64,000 nt of DNA, taken from NCBI GenBank assembly GCA_016235455.1, contig JACRKZ010000067.1:96001-160000 (forward strand), given 5' to 3'. The notes below the pieces were generated by a model that worked only from the letters and a program-made list of their open reading frames with translations, searched no databases and was not told where the DNA came from. Both the position numbers and the translations under genes were made by a program. Origin of the DNA: Armatimonadota bacterium (GTDB taxonomy: Bacteria > Armatimonadota > UBA10988). Of this stretch, positions 1 to 8,264 are shown piece after piece; the first letter of the stretch is position 1; every line of letters begins with the position of its first letter.

Positions 1-952
1 CGGCCGGCCCCGACAGCAACACGGCGAACTGGCGGCCGATGAGGTGCGGCGCGTGGTTGAGGAAGAAGCTGCGGTCGAAGAACTGCCGCCAGCGCGACGA
101 CAGATTGCGATCGACGATGCGCGCCGCGAGCACGATGATGTCCGCGCGCTGCAGCTTCTCGCGATGGAATGCGATGTAGTCGTCCTTGCCCTCGAACACG
201 CACTGGTTGTCATAGGCGCAGTGGCAGCAGCCCTGGCAGCCGGCGCTGATGCGCAGGTCGTTGAGGTTGACCACCTCGGCCTGGTCACCCCAAGCCTCGG
301 CCATCCGCCGCACCATGCCCGCCAGCGGCTCGTTTGCGTCGTGGTGGTCGGTGACGATGAGCACGCGGCGCCCGCGGGCGTCCACCCTCGTCGCCGGGGC
401 GCCGGGCGCATATGCGGCCACCGTGCCCGGCAATGGCGCGGTCTGCCGCGCCGCAGGTCGGCCCTCCGTCGCGGCGGTCAGCACGTCGAGCCCGAACCGG
501 CGCGCCGCGGCCTGACCCGCGGGCGTGGGCAGGTCGTCCATGTCCGCGCTCAGCCCGCCCAAGTACCGCATGCCCAGATCGTCGATGATGCCGCGCAGGT
601 AGGCGTGGGCCGTGTGGTCGTAGAAGTGGATGGACGTGGTCACCACAGCCGCGGCCTTGCCCGCGAAGGCGTCAGCCGCGCCGCGCTCGCCGATCAACTC
701 GATGAAGCGCTTGTACTGCGAGCAGACCAGCATGTAGTACACCGGGCACGACCAGATGACCAGGTCGGCGCCGCGCACTTCGTCGATGACCTCGGCCCAG
801 CGCTGCTCATCGCGCTCGAGCACCGCGATCCGGTGTGCCACATTCAGGTAGTGCCAGTCGTGGCCCTCTTGCTGCTTCGACACATAGCGCACCGTCTGCA
901 ACGTCACGCTGTCATCGCCCTTGGGGCTGCCGTTCAACACCACGATCCTCAT
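1..952 (-). CDS. NAD(P)H-dependent flavodoxin-fold oxidoreductase (3' end runs off the window)
   Basis: Manual translation from ATG 952: MRIVVLNGSPKGDDSVT...ADLVIWSCPVYY...TTSIHFYDHTAH, an FMN_red/flavodoxin-like N-terminus; GGAG RBS. Absent from the ORF track because it has no stop in the window. Confidence 0.8.
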   Translation of the reverse strand, partial: MRIVVLNGSPKGDDSVTLQTVRYVSKQQEGHDWHYLNVAHRIAVLERDEQRWAEVIDEVRGADLVIWSCPVYYMLVCSQYKRFIELIGERGAADAFAGKAAAVVTTSIHFYDHTAHAYLRGIIDDLGMRYLGGLSADMDDLPTPAGQAAARRFGLDVLTAATEGRPAARQTAPLPGTVAAYAPGAPATRVDARGRRVLIVTDHHDANEPLAGMVRRMAEAWGDQAEVVNLNDLRISAGCQGCCHCAYDNQCVFEGKDDYIAFHREKLQRADIIVLAARIVDRNLSSRWRQFFDRSFFLNHAPHLIGRQFAVLLSGPA

Positions 953-980
953 CACTCGCTCCCTATGCCACCAAAGGCAT

Positions 981-1034
981 ATAGCACATATGCACTATGA
1001 CACTAATGGTATACAAGGCACCACGTCGTGTCAA
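981..1034 (-). promoter_or_regulatory. sigma70-type promoter plus imperfect palindromic operator for the flavodoxin-like gene
   Basis: Minus strand TTGACA (1034-1029), 17 nt, TACCAT (1011-1006); palindrome ATAG-CA-CATATG-CA-CTAT at 981-998, just downstream of the predicted TSS. Confidence 0.6.
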
Positions 1035-1095
1035 GCGCGATCTGGTTGACTTAGAGAGTCAGCCTGGGCTACGCTCGGCGGCATCGAGCCCGACC

Positions 1096-3588
1096 ATGCC
1101 CTACCTCGCCGCACTGCTCCTGCTGCCGCTGGCCACGCCGCCGCTGACCTGGCGGATCGGCGCGGTCGACTACGCCTTTGCGCCCGACACCGGCCAACTC
1201 AGGGCGACCGACGGCGGCGCGTCGGTGACGCTGCTCGACGGCGCCGGGCCCAAGCTGCCCCAGCCAGCGCGCCTGGTCCGGGTGGATGGCGCGGTCTGCC
1301 ATTACGCCGCGGGCGAGTACACCTACACGCTGACGCTACGGCCCGAGGCCGGCGCGTTGGCCTTGCACTGGCAGTCCCAGCAAGCCGTGGAGCGAATGAC
1401 CGCGGGCCGCGCCGTGGGCGCTGGGCCATGGGCGCGGCTCAGCTACACGCGCCATGCCGAGCCGTACGGCCAGCCGTTCTGGCCGCGCGTGGCTCAGTGG
1501 CGCGACAGCGGATTGTTCCTGGCTGCCGCCTGGGATATGGCCGCCAGCGCGGGAAGCGAGTGGGACGCGCCGGACCAGCGGTTCGCCGGTACCGGGCCGT
1601 TCGCCACAGCGCTGGACGTGGTCTATCGGGCGCGCACCGACGGCTCGCGGCTGCCGCTGGACGAGACATTGCGCGTGCGCGTGGGCCGCGACCTGTGGCA
1701 GACCGCGCCGCTGCCCACCCAGCAGCCCAGCCCGTATGCCGCGGAGTTGGGCCGCGAGGTCATGCTCGACCTATGGAGCGGCACCGCGCGCGAGAACACG
1801 GCGCTGCTACGGCATCTGGATAGCGTGTGTGGCGGCGAGGCGCGGTTCGTCACCGTGCTGGAGAACTGGCAGGCCGGCGGGTTCGATGCCCTGCTGCCCG
1901 ACAGCATTCGCCTGCCCGAGTATCCACCCAACCCCGGCGTGGGCAGCGTCGCCGAACTGAGCGAGTTGTGCCAGACCGCCAAGCGCCTGGGACGTTTCGG
2001 CTTCCGCACCAACTATGTCTATCTGCGCCCCAGCTCGCCCAGCGCCAAGGCTGGTGAGGCCCGGGCCGCACTGGGCTCCGACGGCAAGCCGCTGTGGTTC
2101 ACGCGACCCGCCGACTGGCTGCCGCTGGCCCGCCGGCAGGAGGCCGACATCGCCACGCTCGGCGCGCCCAACGCCACCTTCTCCGACCAGCTCACCAGCG
2201 GTGGCGGCGCCTGGGCCTATGAGGACTGCGATGTGGCGCAGGGCGACCGGGTGAGCATGGGCCGCGCACTGGCAGCGCAGCGCGAGCTGGCCACGCTGCT
2301 GCGCACGGCGCACGGCGGGCCGCTGGGTAGCGAGACGCTGATCGATGAGCAGTTGCTCGGTCAATGGGTGGACAACGGCGATTTCGGCATCTACGACGGC
2401 CATCACCGGGCCATGACGCCGGAGTTCAAGCTGCGGCGCATCCACCACCTCTCGGCCTTCCATGGCATGGGGCTGATGTACCGCTTCTTCGAGATGCCGC
2501 CCTTCAAGAGCTGGAGCGGCGGCCAGGCCAGGTACCTGACCGACCCCGCGCAGTATGACGACTACCGCGCGGCAACCGTGCTGTACGGCAACGGCGGCTA
2601 CCTGTTCTACTACCCCGGGATGCCGTGGGACTACGTGTTGACCGAGTGCCTGGTGGTCGGCACGCTCCAGCGCCACTACGCCGGCGTGGCGGTCAAGGCG
2701 GTGCGCTACTGGCACGAAGGCCGGTGGGTCGGCCTGCTGGACCTGGTGGCCGCCGGCATCGACCCCGTGCCGTCGCCGTGGGGGCCACAGCCCGACAGCC
2801 TGCGGCGCATCCGCGTCGAGTATGCCAACGGCCTGACGGTGGTGGTCAACCGCCTGCCGGACAGCTGCACCGTGGACGCCGTCGGCGGGCCGCTGACCCT
2901 ACCCCAAGCCGGCTGGGCAGCCTGGCAGGCTGACGGCTCGGTGTTGGCCTACTCGGCGCTGGCGCCCGGCACAACGACGCGCATCGACTATGTGGCCGAC
3001 CGCGCGCGCGGCTTGCGGTTCGTCAACCCGCGTGGCGCGCAAGTGTTTGGCGTCGACCGACCGACGCTGTGGCGCGGCGGGCGCCTCTGGTCGCAGGTCG
3101 ACCCGAAGACCGGCGATGCCGTGGTCGATGGCCAGCCGCTGCCCTGGCGACCGCCAGCGACGCCGGCCGTGACCCGGCTCGACTTCCGTTTCGAGCACGA
3201 CAGCGCGGGCTGGGTGGGTCAGAGCGACCTCGGCCCGCTGCGGCTTGCCGGCGGTCGGCTGTGTGCCGAGATCACCGGACCCGACCCCTACCTGATCGGC
3301 CCCAAGCTCGACCTGGCGCCAGACAGCGTGAAGACGGTCGTACTGCGGCTGAAGGTGTCCTGCGGCGACTTCGGCCAGCTCTACTTCGTCACCGCCGCGC
3401 AGCCTGGCTGGTCGGAGGAGCGCTGCCTGCGCGTTCCGCTACGCCACACCGAACAGGTGCAGGAGGTGCGGCTGCCGGTGGGCGACCATGCCCAGTGGCG
3501 CGGCCAACGCATCACGGGCCTGCGCCTGGACCCCGAGCATGGCGCGGCGCCGGGCGTCGTCGAGATCGAGAGCATCCGGGGCGAGTGA
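1096..3588 (+). CDS. Secreted putative glycoside hydrolase (DUF5696/GH101-like barrel) with C-terminal carbohydrate-binding-like domain
   Basis: Signal peptide MPYLAALLLLPLA; motifs WQAGGFDALLPD...PPNP, GFRTNY, FSDQ, GSET; C-terminal GPDPY...LYF...W.G.I.GLRLDP beta-sandwich. Confidence 0.55.
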   Translation: MPYLAALLLLPLATPPLTWRIGAVDYAFAPDTGQLRATDGGASVTLLDGAGPKLPQPARLVRVDGAVCHYAAGEYTYTLTLRPEAGALALHWQSQQAVERMTAGRAVGAGPWARLSYTRHAEPYGQPFWPRVAQWRDSGLFLAAAWDMAASAGSEWDAPDQRFAGTGPFATALDVVYRARTDGSRLPLDETLRVRVGRDLWQTAPLPTQQPSPYAAELGREVMLDLWSGTARENTALLRHLDSVCGGEARFVTVLENWQAGGFDALLPDSIRLPEYPPNPGVGSVAELSELCQTAKRLGRFGFRTNYVYLRPSSPSAKAGEARAALGSDGKPLWFTRPADWLPLARRQEADIATLGAPNATFSDQLTSGGGAWAYEDCDVAQGDRVSMGRALAAQRELATLLRTAHGGPLGSETLIDEQLLGQWVDNGDFGIYDGHHRAMTPEFKLRRIHHLSAFHGMGLMYRFFEMPPFKSWSGGQARYLTDPAQYDDYRAATVLYGNGGYLFYYPGMPWDYVLTECLVVGTLQRHYAGVAVKAVRYWHEGRWVGLLDLVAAGIDPVPSPWGPQPDSLRRIRVEYANGLTVVVNRLPDSCTVDAVGGPLTLPQAGWAAWQADGSVLAYSALAPGTTTRIDYVADRARGLRFVNPRGAQVFGVDRPTLWRGGRLWSQVDPKTGDAVVDGQPLPWRPPATPAVTRLDFRFEHDSAGWVGQSDLGPLRLAGGRLCAEITGPDPYLIGPKLDLAPDSVKTVVLRLKVSCGDFGQLYFVTAAQPGWSEERCLRVPLRHTEQVQEVRLPVGDHAQWRGQRITGLRLDPEHGAAPGVVEIESIRGE

Positions 3589-3750
3589 GCACCGCGAGCC
3601 GCTGCTGGACCGCTGAGCCAGCTTCGCTGGCGGCAGCTCCTGCTTGGCATCGGCCGCAAGGCCGACCCATGGGCGTCGCCGTTGGGAAGGTCGGGTCTAC
3701 GACCCGATGCCAAGCAGGAGCTTGGCGGTCCGGCACCGGTTCGGGCTGCT
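3588..3750. repeat. REP-like inverted-repeat element, copy A
   Basis: Arms ...CAGCTCCTGCTTGGCATCGG / CCGATGCCAAGCAGGAGCTTGGCGGTCCGGCA; spacer shared with 10884-11038. Confidence 0.8.
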
Positions 3751-3832
3751 CGGTGCAGCCATCGCGTTCGCGGCGAGTAGCCGCCGACGCCGCGACTGGC
3801 TATACTTCGGCCGTGCCCGACGGGGATGAAGG

Positions 3833-5854
3833 ATGCTCCGACTGCTGTTGCTCTACCTGGCCGTGGCCGCCGCCGCCGCCCAGATCGCCGATCCCGCCCA
3901 TCCACCGGTGGGCATCAAGCCCAGCCGGCCGGTCAACTTCCACCCTCGGCCACCGCTCTACTCGACCGAGGAGCTGTGGCGCTACGAGACGCCCAAGGTC
4001 GAGGCCTTCGCCGCCCGGACCTGGACCGAAATGGTCCAGAGCTTCGAGCGCGGGCCATACCGGCCGACCTGGGACTCGCTGTCGGCGCATCGCTGCCCAG
4101 AGTGGTTCCAGGATGCCAAGCTCGGGCTGTTCGTCGACTACGGCCCATGGTCGGTGGCGGGCTACGCGCCGTTCGCGGGCGCCGGCGCGGTCTACCCGGA
4201 CTGGTACGAGCTGCGCTTGGGCCACGAATGGAAGGCCTACCACGCGGAGACCTGGGGCGCGGATGTCACCGCGGACGATCTGGCCGACCTGATGGGCGCG
4301 CGGAAGTTCGATACCAAGGCCTTCTGCGAGATCGCCCGGGCCGGCGGCATGAAGTACGTCGTGCCGTTCCTCAAGCACCACGGCGGCTTCTGCCTGTGGG
4401 ACAGCTCGGTCACCCGGCGCGATGCCATTGACCGCGGGTTGGGCCGCGACTTCGCCGTGGAGTTCGCCCGCGACTGTCGCGCCGCCGGCCTGAAGTTCGG
4501 CACCTATGTCTCGCTGGGCGAGTGGGCCTACCCCGCCATCGACGGCAACCGGTTGCGCAAGTTCGGCTTCGGCGGCAAGATCGTGGGCGACCTGACTCCG
4601 GGCGAGCCGTTCATCGCCGGCAAGGTGCCGGTGCGTGACTACGCGCGCGACTACCTGGTGCCTCAGTGTAAGGAACTGATCGAGAAGACCAACCCCGACC
4701 TGCTGTGGTACGACGGCGAATGGGACGCGCCAGCCGAGACCTGGCGCGCGCCCGAGATCAATGCCTGGTACTACAACCGCGCCGCCCAGCGCGGCCAGGA
4801 GGTGGCCATCAACGACCGGAGCGGCAAAGGCTGCCGCGGCACGCCGGGCCGCTCGGACTTCATGTGCTCCGAGCACCACAGCCTCGACCCAGGCGCGCAG
4901 CAGCCGTGGGAAGAATGCCGCGGCATCGGCCATAGCTTCGGGTACAACTGGCAGGAGGCCTTCGACGACAAGTACGTGCTGTCCGAGCGCGAGTTGATCG
5001 GCATGGTCATCGACATCGTCGGCCGCGGCGGCAACCTGTTGCTGGTCATCAACCCCGACGGGTCCGGCGTCATACCGCCCAACCAGGAGCGCCGCATCCG
5101 CGCCTTGGGCCAGTGGCTGAAGGCCAATGGCCCGGCCATCTATGCCACCCGCGCGCTGAGCCTGCCCGCGCAGCCGGCGTGGGGCCGCATCACGCGCTCC
5201 AAAGCCGGCGACCGGCTCTATCTGCTGGTCACCAGGCTGCCCGCTGACAAACAACTGGCCGTGCCGGTCAAGGCCGCAGGGATCGGTCGGGCGCGGCTGC
5301 TTAGCGGCGCCCCGGTGCCGTTGACGGCGGGCGCCGACGGCTTCGGAGTTGACCTGTCGAAGCTGCCAGCCACCGCCTTCGACTCCGCGGCCACGGTGGT
5401 CGAGGTGGAGGTCAGGGGACCGCTCGTCGGCACGTTGCCCGCCGTGGCGCCGGCCGCCGACGGCAGCTACGCCCTGAGCTCGGCCAATGGCACGGCCAGC
5501 ACCACCGGCGGCCGGCCGACCGACCTGAAGATCAATGGCGACCCGCCGAAATTCGGCTACTGGGCCGGGCTGGACAATCAGATCACCTGGCGCCTGAGCG
5601 GCGCGCCGGGCCGCTACCGCGTGGTCGTGACCTATGCGGCGGACAACGACTGGAAGGGCCGTGCCGTGGTCACGGTCGGCGGCCGCGCGCTACCGTTCGC
5701 GGTGACGGGCACCGGCGGCACAACCGTGACGCGGGCCGTCGATCTGGGCACGGTCGAGCTGGAGAGCGGGGCCACGCTCGTCGTGCGCGGGACCGAGAAG
5801 CAGAGCCCGTACCTGATGGACGTCTACGGCGTGAAGCTGGTGCCCGTGAGGTAG
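3833..5854 (+). CDS. Alpha-L-fucosidase (GH29) with C-terminal CBM-like domain
   Basis: PEWFQDAKLGLF, KHHGGF, LWYDGEW, INDR, WEECRGIGHSFGYN motifs; signal peptide. Confidence 0.9.
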   Translation: MLRLLLLYLAVAAAAAQIADPAHPPVGIKPSRPVNFHPRPPLYSTEELWRYETPKVEAFAARTWTEMVQSFERGPYRPTWDSLSAHRCPEWFQDAKLGLFVDYGPWSVAGYAPFAGAGAVYPDWYELRLGHEWKAYHAETWGADVTADDLADLMGARKFDTKAFCEIARAGGMKYVVPFLKHHGGFCLWDSSVTRRDAIDRGLGRDFAVEFARDCRAAGLKFGTYVSLGEWAYPAIDGNRLRKFGFGGKIVGDLTPGEPFIAGKVPVRDYARDYLVPQCKELIEKTNPDLLWYDGEWDAPAETWRAPEINAWYYNRAAQRGQEVAINDRSGKGCRGTPGRSDFMCSEHHSLDPGAQQPWEECRGIGHSFGYNWQEAFDDKYVLSERELIGMVIDIVGRGGNLLLVINPDGSGVIPPNQERRIRALGQWLKANGPAIYATRALSLPAQPAWGRITRSKAGDRLYLLVTRLPADKQLAVPVKAAGIGRARLLSGAPVPLTAGADGFGVDLSKLPATAFDSAATVVEVEVRGPLVGTLPAVAPAADGSYALSSANGTASTTGGRPTDLKINGDPPKFGYWAGLDNQITWRLSGAPGRYRVVVTYAADNDWKGRAVVTVGGRALPFAVTGTGGTTVTRAVDLGTVELESGATLVVRGTEKQSPYLMDVYGVKLVPVR

Positions 5855-5891
5855 TGCGCCGCAGTCAGCGGCGGCAGGAAGGGAAGCGACG

Positions 5892-6905
5892 ATGCTGGGC
5901 TGGGCGATCATCGGACTGGGCGGCGCCGGAACCGGGCACGCGCGGCGACTGGCCGACATACCGGAGCTGCGGCTCGTCGGTGGCTACGATCCGCAACCGG
6001 CGGCGCGCGCTGCGTTCGAACGGACCTTCGGCCTGCCCGCGGCGGACGATCTCGACGCGCTGTTGGCGCGCGGCGACATCGCCGGAGTGACCGTGGCCAC
6101 GTCCAGCGGGCAGCACGCCGAGGTGGCGCTGGCGGCCATCGCGGCCGGTAAACACGTGCTGGTCGAGAAGCCGCTCGGCATGACGGCTACCGAGGTGGCG
6201 ACCGTCCTGACCGCGGCGCAGGCGGCCGGCGTGGTGGCCGTGCCCTTCCACAACCGGCGGTTCGACCCCGACTTTGCCGTGGTGCACGACTGCCTGGCCT
6301 CGGGACGGCTCGGCCGGCTGAGGCGCATCCATTCGTATGTCGGCGGCCCGTCGCCCAATGAGGGTTGGCGCGCCGTACGCGCACAGGCCGGCGGCCGGCT
6401 CTATGACTGGGGTCCGCATCTGCTCGACCAGGTGCTCAGCCTGGCCGGCACGCTACCGGGCACTGTGTGGGGCGTCACGCACGTGCTGCCCGAACGCGGC
6501 GATGCCGATGAGTACTTCCGCGCCGACCTGCGCTTCGCCGACGGGCTGGACGTCACCGTGGAGATGTCCGGCTTCTCCTACCTGCGGCCGCAGCGCTGGG
6601 AAATCCTTGGCGATCTGGGCACGCTGCAGGTGACCGGCAACCTGCACGGCGAGTTCCGGCTCACCGTCGGAGTGGGCGCCGGTGAGCCCGAAATTCTCGA
6701 CACCAGCGCGGCCGCGGAGAATGCCCGGCGCGGCGACGGCGGCGTACTGATCTACCAGCAACTCGCCGCGCGCTTGGAGCGCGGCGAGCCGCTGACCGTC
6801 ACCTGCATGGACGCGTGGCGCGTGGCGGCGGTCATGGACGCCATCCGCGCCTCGGACCAGGCCGGCGCCGCCATCGCGCTGGAACTATCGAGCGGCACGG
6901 CGTGA
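5892..6905 (+). CDS. Gfo/Idh/MocA family oxidoreductase
   Basis: IIGLGGAG Rossmann motif, GKHVLVEKP, HNRRFD, GGRLYDWGPH. Confidence 0.9.
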   Translation: MLGWAIIGLGGAGTGHARRLADIPELRLVGGYDPQPAARAAFERTFGLPAADDLDALLARGDIAGVTVATSSGQHAEVALAAIAAGKHVLVEKPLGMTATEVATVLTAAQAAGVVAVPFHNRRFDPDFAVVHDCLASGRLGRLRRIHSYVGGPSPNEGWRAVRAQAGGRLYDWGPHLLDQVLSLAGTLPGTVWGVTHVLPERGDADEYFRADLRFADGLDVTVEMSGFSYLRPQRWEILGDLGTLQVTGNLHGEFRLTVGVGAGEPEILDTSAAAENARRGDGGVLIYQQLAARLERGEPLTVTCMDAWRVAAVMDAIRASDQAGAAIALELSSGTA

Positions 6906-6914
6906 GCCCGACCG

Positions 6915-7457
6915 CTACTCCTGTTCGGAGGCCGGCTTCTTGATGCCCACCTGCAGGCTGGACCACTCCAGCATCTTCCAGATGCCGGACTTGGTCAGCT
7001 TCATGCGGAACGGGCGTGGGTTGTCGGCGCCGCCGCACTTGACCATCAGGTAGACCACCTTGCCCTCCTGCTGGAGCTTGTCGGTGGTGAACTCGAGCTC
7101 GAACTTGTCCGGATCCATCTTGTAGTCGTTGTCCGGCACGGCGCCCTTGGCGTAGCTCTGGTAGAGGTAGGGCTGCTTCTGCAGGGTGGCGCGCCCCAGC
7201 ATCTCCTTCTCCCAGTCGGCGTTGTCCGTACTCGTGATCAGGCCGACCATCTCCCGGCCCTTGGCCTTGATGGTCTCGTCCGCGTTCAGATAGACATACA
7301 ACGCCTCGAGCCACAGGTGCGCCGCCGTCTTGTACTCCTTGCCCTCTGTCTCCAGTCGCGTCTTGAACTCGTCCACGGTGGCGGGCAGCTTGGCGCACGT
7401 CGGTGAAGCCACGCCTACGGCGCAGGCGCAGGCCAACAGCACTAGCAATCCACGCAT
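6915..7457 (-). CDS. Secreted hypothetical protein (DUF6935-like)
   Basis: Signal peptide MRGLLVLLACACA; SYAKGA.P.N.Y and GGADNPRP...W..LEWSSL motifs; GGAAGG RBS. Confidence 0.6.
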   Translation of the reverse strand: MRGLLVLLACACAVGVASPTCAKLPATVDEFKTRLETEGKEYKTAAHLWLEALYVYLNADETIKAKGREMVGLITSTDNADWEKEMLGRATLQKQPYLYQSYAKGAVPDNDYKMDPDKFELEFTTDKLQQEGKVVYLMVKCGGADNPRPFRMKLTKSGIWKMLEWSSLQVGIKKPASEQE

Positions 7458-7657
7458 GTTGGGCATCCCTTCCACGTCTCCGGCATCGCTGACGGCCTGG
7501 CTGCACCCAACACCCGTGAGCGTGCCGGCCGCCAGCGAGCGCTGGGCGGTTGGGCTGATTCTAGGCACGGCCGGTGGCGGTCGCTAGGGGTAACGCGGTG
7601 AGCCCGAGTGTGTCCTGACCAGCGCCACACCCGCGCCGGGCGGAACGCCTCGGCCCG

Positions 7658-8254
7658 TCACGACCTGGCCTCCGCCAGCAGCGCGTCCAGGTGCTGGTCG
7701 GGCGTGGCCGAGTCGTACGGGGCGAGTTCGCTCCAGGTGAGCATCGGCCCATCGGCCGGCCAAGGGCCGGAGACGCCGGCCATCTGGCCATGGCCGGCGG
7801 CCCAGTGCGGTGGATCGACGCGGAAGCGGAAGACGTAGAACGTGCCCTGCCGCGAGGTGCCGGGCACCTGGCGCGTGAGCGTGGCGGTCAGCGTCATCTC
7901 CGTGGGCAGGGCGCCCAGTTCGTGCGGATGCAGCAGCCAGGTGGCCATCTCCGACTCCGCCAGCCGGGGCTCGGCGGCCAGCGCAGGCGGGAAGAGGTCG
8001 AGACGCTGGCTGTCTTCGAGTGCCTCGTAGAGGTGCCAACGCGTGTCCAGCCGGTGCGCCAGCGCCGCCACCATCGCCTGGTCGACCGCCTGGCCCTGGT
8101 CCAGCGCCTTGGTGACTGGCGCGATGGCTGCGTCGAGCCGGGCCTCGAAAGCACGGTCGGTGCGGTCCAGGCCACCGCTTCCCATGGCCAGGTACAGACC
8201 CAGGCCGAAAAGCACCAACGCCACACAACCGAGGACCAGCAACTTGCGCTTCAT
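7658..8254 (-). CDS. Membrane-anchored hypothetical protein
   Basis: N-terminal TM MKRKLLVLGCVALVLFGLGLYL; LAESEMATWLLHPHELG..P motif; 10 nt downstream of the GH36 gene. Confidence 0.65.
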   Translation of the reverse strand: MKRKLLVLGCVALVLFGLGLYLAMGSGGLDRTDRAFEARLDAAIAPVTKALDQGQAVDQAMVAALAHRLDTRWHLYEALEDSQRLDLFPPALAAEPRLAESEMATWLLHPHELGALPTEMTLTATLTRQVPGTSRQGTFYVFRFRVDPPHWAAGHGQMAGVSGPWPADGPMLTWSELAPYDSATPDQHLDALLAEARS

Positions 8255-8264
8255 CACGACATCC

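Noticed and set aside
44-1000. 318-aa plus-strand ORF
   Set aside because: Antisense shadow of the minus-strand flavodoxin-like gene, which has recognisable motifs, an RBS and a promoter.
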